Part shown: in pieces, positions 1 through 9,187 of the stretch | Layout of the letters: each line of letters opens with the position of its first letter | How positions within the stretch are numbered: the first letter of the stretch is position 1 | Source of the DNA: Thermoproteota archaeon | Lineage (GTDB): Archaea > Thermoproteota > EX4484-205 > JAAOZP01 | Assembly: GCA_049700215.1 (NCBI GenBank) | Contig: JBNAVT010000019.1 | Span: forward strand, 16,586 to 42,101 | DNA length: 25,516 bases | Reading direction: 5' to 3' | Notes under the pieces: generated by a model | What the model was told of the DNA's origin: nothing | Databases searched by the model: none | What the model saw: the letters and a program-made list of their open reading frames with translations, nothing else | Translations under genes and position numbers: made by a program

Positions 1-713
1 GCTATGGCGCTGCTCCTGCTAGGCTTCAAAAACCTGTGGGAGCTCATTTTAAGGCCTACGACGCCCTCTCTCCTCCACTTCTCCAAGCCTTCCCTAACCA
101 TCTCCAGGTAGTCGTCTAGGCTTCTAACGGTCCAGCCGAGCCTGGCGGCATGCTTCTCAACCGTCCTCCAGCTTGCGACTGAAGCGTAAACGTCTATAGG
201 CATCAAGGGTATTAGGAGGTCAAGATCGTAGTCAGTCCGGTTCTGCTGCGTGAGAGCAACCCTGATCCTGCATTTCTCCCTCAGAATCCTGCGGTATATG
301 CCTGGCCTGTTCTCAGCCGCAATCCTTTCAGAAACCATCTTATAATTCTCCTCGTTAACATCGTTGAAGCCGTATATCTCTCTAGCCGCTATGAAGGCTG
401 GGCGAGCGTAGGAGCCATACCTTATCCTTTTCAAGTAGGGCGCGAACAGCTCCCACCGCTTCTCCAGCGGGATGGAGGGGTTGTGAATCATGTCCCAGTA
501 ATCCCCTGGTCCACCGGGCCCCCAGAGGCTGTCCCTGCTCCTAGGCATGCCGGCGGCCCACAGGTCAACCCTAGTGTAGTGGCTGAACAATGTGAAAACG
601 TCTGCCTTATGCTCTAGGCGGACGCTTTCAGGCGGAAGATGCTCGTGGGCGTCGATAATCTCAAACTTCTCGATCGCTCTCAGAATACTCTCCCCAACGG
701 TTGAGAGCCTCAT
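1..713 (-). CDS. Amidohydrolase-superfamily protein (uronate/glucuronate isomerase-like), 3' end runs off the window
   Basis: Not in the ORF track. Manual translation from ATG 713: MRLSTVGESILRAIEKFEIIDAHEHLPPE...LFSHYTRVDL...EKRWELFAPYLKRIRYGSYAR...GVVGLKM. DxHxH metal motif; frame open to base 1. Confidence 0.75.
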   Translation of the reverse strand, partial: MRLSTVGESILRAIEKFEIIDAHEHLPPESVRLEHKADVFTLFSHYTRVDLWAAGMPRSRDSLWGPGGPGDYWDMIHNPSIPLEKRWELFAPYLKRIRYGSYARPAFIAAREIYGFNDVNEENYKMVSERIAAENRPGIYRRILREKCRIRVALTQQNRTDYDLDLLIPLMPIDVYASVASWRTVEKHAARLGWTVRSLDDYLEMVREGLEKWRREGVVGLKMSSHRFLKPSRSSAI

Positions 714-772
714 CCCTGCTTTACGATTAAAGATTATTTTAAAATCTTTCTATACTCTGCCTAAACTTTTTC

Positions 773-1618
773 TCACAAAGCTCCTATCGTGAACTCGCAC
801 CAGGGGTCTCCCTTAGCGATGCACATTGTTTCAACAGCCTTCACATCCCTGTTTAATAATCGCGTGAAAAACCCTGCTACGACGCCCCTTGAGAAGTGGC
901 CGTAAGACGCCTCGCTCCCCCCGCCTATTTCACACTCGAAGCTATCATAGACACGCACCCGTGCCTCACACTTCTCAAGATCCATCTTAACAACCTCGAC
1001 GATCCCCCAGCCCATCGTCCTCAGGAAGGTTCTTGCAAGCTCTAAAGTGGCTTCAGGCTTCTCCGAGTCAGCGATACTAGCGTAATCACTGTAAGCCTGG
1101 TAGCCGATGTTGAAGCCCACGTAGTAGAGCATGACTTCTCCAGCGGTGCCGAACTTCTCCCTAATACCCTTGAACAAGGCCTCGTAAACCCTCCTCCTGA
1201 AGATTACTACTCTCTCCCCTCCTACTACAAGCGGGAAGAAATAGTCGTCTGAGAGAACCCTGTTTCCGCTTGGAAGAATGAGGCGCACACTTCTGACGAA
1301 CTCCTGCCTGCTGACGAGCTCCAGAGCCTCCTCAGGAGTGACGACGGAGCTGGAGAAATCCAGGAATGCTACTGCCCTCGCGAAAGGCTCCTGGCCCCTA
1401 ACCATGGAGACCTGGATGAACCTGATTACGATGCCAAGGTTATCCGCGATCTCCCCAAGCCTCCTGACAACATCCTTCCTGAAGTCGGTTTCAAGCACGA
1501 CGCCGCACCACTTCTGCCCCCTGTCCAGAACCGTCAGCCTGCCAAGGTCTAGAGGGTTAAGCCCACCCAGAGTCTGGAAACCGGCTTCCTCCGAACCTGT
1601 AGAAACCCTGCTGCCCAC
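773..1618 (-). CDS. V4R-domain protein with N-terminal ACT-like domain
   Basis: C-terminal V4R motifs GWG...SFECE...HFSRG...ETMCIAKGDPWCEF. Start codon uncertain. Confidence 0.85.
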   Translation of the reverse strand: MGSRVSTGSEEAGFQTLGGLNPLDLGRLTVLDRGQKWCGVVLETDFRKDVVRRLGEIADNLGIVIRFIQVSMVRGQEPFARAVAFLDFSSSVVTPEEALELVSRQEFVRSVRLILPSGNRVLSDDYFFPLVVGGERVVIFRRRVYEALFKGIREKFGTAGEVMLYYVGFNIGYQAYSDYASIADSEKPEATLELARTFLRTMGWGIVEVVKMDLEKCEARVRVYDSFECEIGGGSEASYGHFSRGVVAGFFTRLLNRDVKAVETMCIAKGDPWCEFTIGAL

Positions 1619-1775
1619 TCCTCAGGAGGACTGGGAAAGTATATAAGTAGTGCGGAAAAAGGTTAAACCCCTTGAAACCATGTGTCTAAACGCATTTTCC
1701 CCTATAATTATTTGCCTCAGTATTCCAGTGCTTAACCCGGCTTAAAGCAGCAGCGCATCCCGGGCTGCACACAGA

Positions 1776-1783
1776 TTTAAATA
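1776..1783 (+). promoter_or_regulatory. Archaeal TATA box of the Fpg/Nei-like gene
   Basis: TTTAAATA ends 28 nt before ATG 1811, consistent with a leaderless transcript. Confidence 0.55.
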
Positions 1784-1810
1784 GTTTGAAACAGGGTTTG
1801 AGTGGAAACA

Positions 1811-2635
1811 ATGATCGAGCTTCCTGAAGCCGTTGTTTTAGCCAAGCAGGTTAACGAGACGCTTACTGGCAAGAGGGTTAGGAGAGTGGTTGCCGCCCAG
1901 ACCCCGCATAGATTCGCATGGTACCACGGCGACCCGTGGAAATACAACAGCCTTTTGGCTGGGAAAACAGTTGGAAACGCTGTGAGCCGCGGCGGCATGG
2001 TTGAAATAAGCCTTGGCGACGCTAAGCTTGTCTTCGGAGACGAGGTTGGCATGCGATACTACGGGGAGAACGAGAAGCCGCCGGGTAGGCACCAGCTATG
2101 GGTTGAGTTCGAAGATGCTTCACACCTGGTCGCCAGGGTTCAAATGTACGGCGGCCTATGGGCTTTCCCAGGCGACAGCTTCAACAACAAGTATTACCTG
2201 GTGGCGGGGGAAAAGCCCTCACCCCTTACAGCAGGATTCGGCGAAACGTATTTCAACAGCCTGTTTAAAGAGGATGCGGGTAAACTCTCGCTGAAAGCCT
2301 TCTTGGCAACTGAGCAGCGCATCCCCGGGCTGGGCAACGGGGTTCTGCAAGACATCATGCTCAACGCTAGGATGCACCCGAAGAAGAGGGTGGACAGGCT
2401 CACGGAGAAAGACAGGAAGAGGCTCTTCAGCTCCATAAAGCGGACTCTGGCTGAGATGGTTGCCGGCGGCGGCCGGGATACGGAGACAGACCTGTACGGT
2501 AGACCCGGAGGATACAGGACGATTCTCAGCAGGAACACGGTAGGTAAACCGTGCCCAGTCTGCGGAGAAACAATAGTTAAGGAAGCATACTTGGGTGGAA
2601 GCATCTACTACTGCTCAAGATGCCAGGAGACTTGA
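1811..2635 (+). CDS. Fpg/Nei-family DNA glycosylase/AP-lyase (endonuclease VIII-like)
   Basis: N-terminus MIELPEA, H2TH motif EQRIPGLGN, C-terminal zinc finger CPVC...YYCSRCQ. ATG 1811 preferred over GTG 1802. Confidence 0.9.
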   Translation: MIELPEAVVLAKQVNETLTGKRVRRVVAAQTPHRFAWYHGDPWKYNSLLAGKTVGNAVSRGGMVEISLGDAKLVFGDEVGMRYYGENEKPPGRHQLWVEFEDASHLVARVQMYGGLWAFPGDSFNNKYYLVAGEKPSPLTAGFGETYFNSLFKEDAGKLSLKAFLATEQRIPGLGNGVLQDIMLNARMHPKKRVDRLTEKDRKRLFSSIKRTLAEMVAGGGRDTETDLYGRPGGYRTILSRNTVGKPCPVCGETIVKEAYLGGSIYYCSRCQET

Positions 2636-2671
2636 AAAAAGGCTGCGCGTTTATAAACTCAGACTTCTGCT

Positions 2672-3157
2672 TCACACCGTCTTAAGAAGGCTTTCAATCT
2701 TAGCCAGGTGGCTCAACTCCACGTCTATTATACTGTATATTTCCCGCCTGTCCTCCCTACCGGCGACCATCGCTATCGAATGGTATAGAAGCACAGTGTC
2801 CTTCTCCATCTGGACAGCAGCCTGCATAGCAGACTTTAAATCCCCAGCTTCCCCCGCCCTCTCAGCACCCTTCCTAAGGCTGCTTACTAAACCAGAAGCC
2901 TCTAAAACCTGAATGTAACGGTCAGCCAGCTTGCGCTCCTCCTCGGAAGCATAAGCCTCCCCGCTTGATAAAAGCCTCCTATACGTCTTAGCGTGCTGCT
3001 CCTCGTCTCCAGCAAGCTGGCTGAAAAAAGCCGCGTGCTCAGGGAACCTCCGGCTTAAAGCAGAGTAGAAGGCTCTGGCGGATTCCTCCGCCGCGATAGC
3101 CATCTCCAGGAGAACCAGCCTACTGTAACGGTATCCGGACAATAATCCCGCCTCCAT
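2672..3157 (-). CDS. Rubrerythrin/ferritin-like di-iron protein
   Basis: AIAAEE..FY..L...LAGDEEQH and AVQMEK...LY...VELSH duplicated E/ExxH motifs. Confidence 0.85.
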   Translation of the reverse strand: MEAGLLSGYRYSRLVLLEMAIAAEESARAFYSALSRRFPEHAAFFSQLAGDEEQHAKTYRRLLSSGEAYASEEERKLADRYIQVLEASGLVSSLRKGAERAGEAGDLKSAMQAAVQMEKDTVLLYHSIAMVAGREDRREIYSIIDVELSHLAKIESLLKTV

Positions 3158-3247
3158 TCTTCAAAGCTTGAAGCACATATTTAAAGCTATCCCGTATTTC
3201 CAAAACACTTTGACCACTCCCGAGAGTTTAGTGCAGCCTGGTTAAAG

Positions 3248-4627
3248 TCAAAGGCTCTTCAAGAACCCGGCGAGAAGAGAGGCTGCCTCCCTCCTCGCCT
3301 CCTCAAACAGTTTTCTCAAAGGCTCCTCCTGAAAACCTCCTACAGGGGGCATTGAGAACTCTCTGCTGAAAACCCTATGGTACTCCCTCATGTATTTCGG
3401 CTTCAAAAAGCTCCCGCCGGGGCCAACCTCCCTGATCAGGCTGAGGCAAAGAGTCTCCTCGTCCACCTCAACCTCCTTCTCCAGCGTGGAACAGTAGGAG
3501 TAAACATCCTTCGAGTCTACTGTTTCGAGAACACTGTTTACCAACGGTGACCCCCGGGTGAAAGAGTTTTCACAGATAAGGCTGTCGACCACCAGCTTCA
3601 GAATACTCTGAGTCTTCTCGCCCTCCAACATTCCAGGTCCAGAAACCACGTTCACCCCAGCCTCCCTACCTTTGGTTAGACAGTAGGCTGACTCTACGAA
3701 AGCCCTCTCGTCAACCACCAGGGAGTCGGACACGCCGAGGTAGGCGTGAGTCGGAATCCCGAAGTGTTTACCAACCCGGTTGTAGGCTAGGATAATCTTC
3801 AAAACCCCAGGGTGGCTCATTAAAGGAGTTTTTCCCAGAAGCAAGGGTGAGCCACCGTAGATTACACTGGCCCCGGGCGCGGCACACTCGGCGAGAACAA
3901 TCCCGCTGAGGTTTTCAGCATGATGCTGGACAAGGCTTCCCGCTAGAGTAGGGGGAGAGCAGACGAAGGGAATAGGCATGGATATGATTGTCGACGGGAT
4001 ATTGCTTCTCGCACACCCGATAATGCTGTGGCTTAAATGCCTGCTCCAGCGCAGAGGGCTATTCGGGCAGGCGTCGAAAACCGCCACCGGCCTGCTCGGA
4101 TCAGTAAACCTTGAGAGAAGACTCGTCATCCTCTCAAAGTCATCCTCCTTGAAAACACCCGTGACAACAGGCTTTCTCGAAGCCTCTAAAACAGCCTGGA
4201 GCCTTGAGACGGCGCGCAGATCCTCCTCAACATCCTGAACCACGAGGGCTGTGCTCTGCATATGGAGAAAAGGCAGTTTCTCAACAACCCGGGAAAAAAC
4301 AACCATATCCCTGTAGAAAGGCCTCCTCCTCACACCGTTCTCATCAATATACCAGCTTGCCGTCGAGCCAGGGTTGAAGAAAACCTCGTCACCCCCAAGT
4401 CTGCAGCTTATCCTTCCATCCAGATCATAGAGGCTGATCGAGGAAGGAGCCTTTTTCAAACAATCCTTAACCAGCTCCTCAGGAATATGCGCGACACTCC
4501 CCCTGACCTCAGCCCCGTTAGACTTCAAAACCTGAAGCGCCTCGACGCTTTCAAACACTACCCCGACCTCCTGCAAAACCTGCAGGGCAGCCCCGTGAAC
4601 CTCCTCAACCGCGCTGCTATTCAGCAT
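3248..4627 (-). CDS. mttB: Trimethylamine methyltransferase (MttB) superfamily, non-pyrrolysine
   Basis: VH.AAL.VL.EVGV.F, LKKAPSS, SPLRW, P.TLAGSLVQHHAE.LSG, PGASVIYG, GPGMLE, IREVGPGGSFL. No in-frame TAG. Confidence 0.85.
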   Translation of the reverse strand: MLNSSAVEEVHGAALQVLQEVGVVFESVEALQVLKSNGAEVRGSVAHIPEELVKDCLKKAPSSISLYDLDGRISCRLGGDEVFFNPGSTASWYIDENGVRRRPFYRDMVVFSRVVEKLPFLHMQSTALVVQDVEEDLRAVSRLQAVLEASRKPVVTGVFKEDDFERMTSLLSRFTDPSRPVAVFDACPNSPLRWSRHLSHSIIGCARSNIPSTIISMPIPFVCSPPTLAGSLVQHHAENLSGIVLAECAAPGASVIYGGSPLLLGKTPLMSHPGVLKIILAYNRVGKHFGIPTHAYLGVSDSLVVDERAFVESAYCLTKGREAGVNVVSGPGMLEGEKTQSILKLVVDSLICENSFTRGSPLVNSVLETVDSKDVYSYCSTLEKEVEVDEETLCLSLIREVGPGGSFLKPKYMREYHRVFSREFSMPPVGGFQEEPLRKLFEEARREAASLLAGFLKSL

Positions 4628-4741
4628 CCTAACCCCTCTTGAGGACAGCTTGAATAAAACAGTTTCCCCGGCGCTCGAATTCCTTTTTTAAACATGCTTC
4701 AGAATACTTGCCCATGTGTCGCGACAAATATTGGGGGGAAG

Positions 4742-5862
4742 CTAAGGGTTTAGTAGCCATTTCCACAGGGGGACGTACCGTATTTTCCTACCGTTTGAAA
4801 CATCTTCATCCTCGTAATCCCAGGTGACAACCAGCAGGTCTTTGCAATGCAGCTCTTCAGAAGCCTTGAGCAGTGCTTTAACTTCCCTAGGATTAACCTC
4901 GTCCCTCCCGCTGGCGTAAGTAACCTGTATGAGCTGCTTAATGTTTAAACCATTCTTAACGACGAAATCAACCTCGTTCTGCCGATAGTCTCTCCAGTAG
5001 AAGACTTCGAAATCGCTGAAAGAGTAGCTTCTACGCCTTAACAGTTCGACGACAACCAGGTTCTCCATCAGCCTTCCAAAGTTTTCCGAAAGCCTGAACC
5101 CGATTGAAGTCACGATCCCGTTGTCAACGCAGTAGGCTTTTTTGGGGGATATGAACTGGAGCTTAAGCTTCGGCGAGAACCTTTCGAGGAAAAACATTAG
5201 ATAGGCTTCACTAACCCATTCCGCGTAATTCTTAACCGTATGCACATCCTTTATGTTAAGTATTCTCCTAAGCCTGCTGAAGCTGAACTCGGAGGAAACG
5301 TTTGAAACCATGTATCTGGCAAACTCTTTAAGAGCCGCCGTCTTCTTAACTCGGTGCCTGCTTACAACATCCTTTTCAAGCGCATCGGCGCGCGCTAAGC
5401 ACGAAGTCAACATGCCTCCCAGTGAGGAACGTAGCCAGCTCGCTTGAAAGCAGTTGCGAGCTACTCCCTGTCACAATCATCTTCTTGGAAGTCCTCATCC
5501 TGCTTACAAACCTCTCCCAGCCGTTGACATGTTGAACCTCGTCGAGAACCATGAACTCCAGGTTCGTGCCGTAAAGCTGGTAAAAAGCCTCAAGCAGCTT
5601 CCCAAAGTCCTTTGCCTCAAAGCCGGCAAGCCTCTCGTCGAAGAAGTTAACATACCCGAACCTCAAGCCCCTTAGGAGCATCCACGAGAGCAGCGACTTG
5701 CCGCATCTCCTCACGCCGAGAACAGTCAGAATATTAGGGTGTGAAAGAAAGCTCCTCAGCTTCTCGGCGTCGACATCCCTCTCGATTATCTTCTCAGCCG
5801 CTAACAGGCTCTCCATCTCCTCTCTCTGAAGCCACGATTCTCTTCAAATCCTCGACCTTCAA
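4742..5862 (-). pseudogene. AAA_14/DUF4143 ATP-binding protein, disrupted
   Basis: Walker A GVRRCGKS, Walker B LDEVQ, VTGSSS, C-terminal EVDFVV...IQV. Frameshift near 5830 (TTG 5862 MKVEDLKRIVA/QREEMESLL). Internal deletion plus frameshift at the GC tract 5388-5395. Confidence 0.9.
5388..5397. repeat. (GC)n junction tract GCGCGCGCTA
   Basis: At the deletion/frameshift point of the ATPase pseudogene. Confidence 0.9.
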
Positions 5863-5875
5863 CAGGACTGTTTTC

Positions 5876-5918
5876 ACAAGCTTTTTTATAAAGTTTGTGG
5901 TTAATACCTACAAACTTT
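5876..5918 (-). promoter_or_regulatory. TATA box flanked by operator-like repeats
   Basis: Inverted repeat AAAGTTTGT(5890-5898)/ACAAACTTT(5910-5918), extra half-site ACAAGCTTT at 5876-5884, and CTTTATAAAA on the minus strand about 25 nt before TTG 5862. Confidence 0.55.
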
Positions 5919-6191
5919 TTAGTTGAAATCGGGAAAACATGCGTAGCCAAAACCAACTGCGTGACGCTTAAAACGAAGACCAGCATCAGGGAAAAATGGT
6001 AGAACACGACACTTTAAAACCCGGCTCCACTCTATCCCCACCGCTCTCACCCTTAACACGGAGCATTGAGGATGCTTAAGCGAATCCAGGTTCTCCCAAA
6101 AAGGTTGGTAAAACCATGCGTCAAGCTTCCCCCGCGGCTCCTCAACGCGCCCGGTAAAAGAATTTAAGTTTAAGACTGAAGAAACGCTTGA

Positions 6192-6884
6192 ATGAAGACA
6201 ATAGGGCTTATCGGCGGCATGAGTTGGGAGTCCACGCTGGAATACTATCGAATCATAAACCAGCAGGTTAAGGAGAAGCTGGGCGGGCTACACTCCGCGG
6301 AGTGCATACTTTACTCAGTCGACTTTGAAAAGGTTGAGAATCTCCAGCACGCTGGAGAATGGGGGGAACTAGCGGAGCTGATGACCAGCATCGCGCTGAA
6401 ACTCCAGGACGCTGGCGCCCAGGGGATAGTCATATGTTCAAACACGATGCACAAGGTTGCGGAGAAAGTTCAGGAAAGCCTGAGAACCCCACTAATCCAT
6501 ATTGTCGACGCGACAGCCGTAGAAGTCAAGAGGAGAGGCTTAAGGAAGGTGGCTCTTCTGGGAACCAGGTTCACGATGGAGGACGAGTTCTACAAGGGTA
6601 GGCTGAGGGAGAAACACGGAATCGACACGATAATACCCGGGGAAGCGGACCGTGGAATAATCCATGGAATCATCTACAGCGAGCTCTGCAAGGGAATAGT
6701 GAAGCAGTCGTCCAAGAAGGAGCTTGCAAGAATCATCGGGAAGCTTTCTGCGAGAGGCGCCGAGGGAGTAATCCTAGGATGCACGGAGCTACCGCTTCTC
6801 GTGAAACAGCAGGACGCAGCCACACCCCTGTTCGACACGACGGAGAACCACGCGAAGGCGGCGGCAGACTTTATACTAGGCTAG
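6192..6884 (+). CDS. Aspartate/glutamate racemase family (RacX/YgeA-like)
   Basis: MKTIGLIGGMSWESTLEYY, catalytic CSNTMH and LGCTEL. Confidence 0.95.
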   Translation: MKTIGLIGGMSWESTLEYYRIINQQVKEKLGGLHSAECILYSVDFEKVENLQHAGEWGELAELMTSIALKLQDAGAQGIVICSNTMHKVAEKVQESLRTPLIHIVDATAVEVKRRGLRKVALLGTRFTMEDEFYKGRLREKHGIDTIIPGEADRGIIHGIIYSELCKGIVKQSSKKELARIIGKLSARGAEGVILGCTELPLLVKQQDAATPLFDTTENHAKAAADFILG

Positions 6885-6895
6885 ATAACCTGGCA

Positions 6896-6903
6896 GCGCG
6901 CGC
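6896..6903. repeat. (GC)n tract, intergenic
   Basis: CTGGCAGCGCGCGCCAG just after the racemase stop. Confidence 0.8.
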
Positions 6904-6970
6904 CAGAGTTTGTTAAAGCTGGTCTTATTCATTAATTTTTAGAACTAGTGTATACTATTGACACGCGATG

Positions 6971-7474
6971 CTAGGCGCGCGGCAGTCGTTTAAGGAATTC
7001 CACGTGCATGAAAATCGAAGGAGGCTCGTCGCTGAATTTAACAGCGTTAACGACTTCGCCTACAACCAGAATATGGTCGCCGGCTTCAACCGTCTTAACG
7101 AGTTTACACTCCACCGCTATAACCGCTCTTCTAAAACCGGGGCTTTCGTCTCCTCCCCCCTTCTAAACTTGACATCGCTCTCAACAAGCTTGTCAACAAT
7201 CTTCCCCGATCTTGTTCCGAAAACCCCGTAAGCAGCGTTTTCAAGCCTCCTCCCAACCACGTTAACCACGAACTCGCCATACTCTTTTATAAGAGCCAAC
7301 GTATACCTTGACGGAACTATCGAAACAATTAGAAGCGGCGGATCCCATGAAACCCTGCTCACCCACGCCGCCGTCATCCCTCCCCTGTGACCACTGTCCC
7401 CACAATCCCCCGCAGTAACTATCGTCAACGGCTGAGGAAGATAAAGCATCTACAGGCCGAATCTTCTCCGGCAT
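6971..7474 (-). pseudogene. Flavin reductase-like (DIM6/NTAB) pseudogene
   Basis: Reconstructs as MPEKIRPVDAL/YLPQPLTIVTAG..GGMTAAWVSRVSWDPPL...APVLEE/AVIAVECKLVKTVEAGDHILVVGEV...LPRA*. Frameshifts near 7440 and 7126. Ends in a GCGCGCG tract (6975-6981). Confidence 0.85.
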
Positions 7475-7674
7475 GCCTACGCGTCCGAGAGAAAAACTAC
7501 TTAAAACTTACTCTAAACACCCTTCTCCCTCTTTCTCCACGCTGCACGCCACCGACAAACAGAATTTCCCCAAAAGCAGCCTAAACCCACTCCCATAAAG
7601 ATGCTGCGCTATGAACACGAATAGAAGCATGGAGAAAGAAAACCTGAAGAGAACTATTCAGAAAACAGGCTAGC

Positions 7675-9000
7675 CTACTTTGCTTCGAAAGGAACCTTCT
7701 CAGGAATCTCAGTCACAATACCGGCGGCAATCGTCATACCCATATCCCTGATAGCGAACCTACCAAGCTGCGGAAACTCAGAGTAAACCTCAATAGCAAT
7801 CGGCTTCAAAGGCCTAAACTTCACGATAGCAGCGTCACCAGTCTTCAAGAAATCAGGCTTCTCCTGAACAACAGCACCAGTACGAGGATCAATCTTCTTC
7901 TGCAACTCCTCAAACGTGCAAGCAATCTGCTCAGTATGAACATGCAAAACAGGAGTATAGCCAGCAGCGATAGCAGTCGGATGCCTAATCACAATAATCC
8001 TGCCGATGAAACTCTTCGCGACAGTAGGCGGATTATCAGGATACCCAATCACATTACCCCTCTTCAACTCCTCCCTCGCCAAACCCTTCACAGCCATGCC
8101 AATATTATCACCAGGCTCAGCCTTCTCAAGCTGCGTATGATGCATCTCAATAGTACGAACCTCACCAACCTTGTCAACAGGCCTCACAACAATCCTCGAG
8201 TTAGGCTTCAACACGCCAGTCTCAACCCTGCCGACAGGAACAGTCCCAACACCAGTAATCGTAAACACCTGCTGAATCGGAATCCTCAACGGCTTATCAA
8301 CAGGCCTAGGCGGAGGCTGAAACAGGTCGAAAGCCTCAAGCAGCGTCGGACCCTTATACCAAGGCATCTTCTCACTAGGCTTAACAAGATTATCACCAGT
8401 CCACCCGCTAATCGGAATAATAGGAATCGGATACTTCTCAAGATTAAAGCCAATACGCTTCAGCAAATCCTCAATACCCTTCTTCACCTCGAGAAAACGC
8501 TCCTGACTCCAATTCACAGAAGCATCATCCATCTTATTAACCCCGATGACAATCTGACGAACACCCAGCGTGAACAACAGGAACGCATGCTCAGTCGTCT
8601 GACCCTCAGGACTCACACCAGCCTCAAACTCACCACGCTTCGCAGAAACAATCAACAACGCACTATCAGCCTGACTAGCACCAGTAATCATATTCTTCAC
8701 GAAGTCACGATGTCCAGGCGCATCTATAATAGTATAGTAATATTTCTTTGTTTCGAACTTTACGTACATCGCGTCGATTGTTACTCCTCTCTCACGCTCC
8801 TCCTTGAGCCTGTCGAGCACCCATGCGAACTTGAAAGTGTCTCCTAGACCAGTCTTCGCTGACTCCGCCTCCAGCTCCTTCATCTTCCTCTCGTCAACGT
8901 AGCCGGTTAAGTATAGCAAGTGGCCTGTAGTAGTACTCTTCCCATGATCAACGTGGCCGCAGACGATGAGGTTCAGGTGTGGTCTGCTTGATGAACTCAT
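7675..9000 (-). CDS. tuf: Translation elongation factor EF-1alpha (archaeal)
   Basis: GHVDHGKST, ERERGVTID, DAPGHRDFVKNMITGASQAD, NKMD, LGRFAIRDMG. Confidence 0.99.
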   Translation of the reverse strand: MSSSSRPHLNLIVCGHVDHGKSTTTGHLLYLTGYVDERKMKELEAESAKTGLGDTFKFAWVLDRLKEERERGVTIDAMYVKFETKKYYYTIIDAPGHRDFVKNMITGASQADSALLIVSAKRGEFEAGVSPEGQTTEHAFLLFTLGVRQIVIGVNKMDDASVNWSQERFLEVKKGIEDLLKRIGFNLEKYPIPIIPISGWTGDNLVKPSEKMPWYKGPTLLEAFDLFQPPPRPVDKPLRIPIQQVFTITGVGTVPVGRVETGVLKPNSRIVVRPVDKVGEVRTIEMHHTQLEKAEPGDNIGMAVKGLAREELKRGNVIGYPDNPPTVAKSFIGRIIVIRHPTAIAAGYTPVLHVHTEQIACTFEELQKKIDPRTGAVVQEKPDFLKTGDAAIVKFRPLKPIAIEVYSEFPQLGRFAIRDMGMTIAAGIVTEIPEKVPFEAK

Positions 9001-9007
9001 TTTTCTA

Positions 9008-9048
9008 TCCTCCTTCTGTCTCCTTAGCTTCTGAGAGGGCTATTTAAG
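9008..9048 (-). promoter_or_regulatory. TATA box and Shine-Dalgarno of tuf
   Basis: Minus strand CTTAAATA (9048-9041) and AAGGAGGA (9015-9008), 7 nt before ATG 9000. Confidence 0.65.
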
Positions 9049-9177
9049 GTTTAAGGTTTTTAGCAGCGTGGTGGGTTTTTAACGGCTTTAAAGGCCTGTT
9101 TTCAACGTTGTTATCCTGGCTTCTGTAGTGTGCAAGAATCGTTGTTGGTAACTTTCGTAGGATGGTGAGTGGATAAA

Positions 9178-9187
9178 GCGCGCGCTA
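9178..9187. repeat. (GC)n junction tract GCGCGCGCTA (left island edge)
   Basis: aaaGCGCGCGCTActa. Confidence 0.85.

Noticed and set aside
4212-4217. GCGCGC inside mttB
   Set aside because: Only a 6-mer, expected by chance, with no sign of disruption.
3248-4627. Pyrrolysine recoding in MttB
   Set aside because: No in-frame TAG; the ORF is continuous and ends in TGA.
7936-8847. 303-aa plus-strand ORF
   Set aside because: Antisense shadow of the codon-biased tuf gene; composition is not protein-like.
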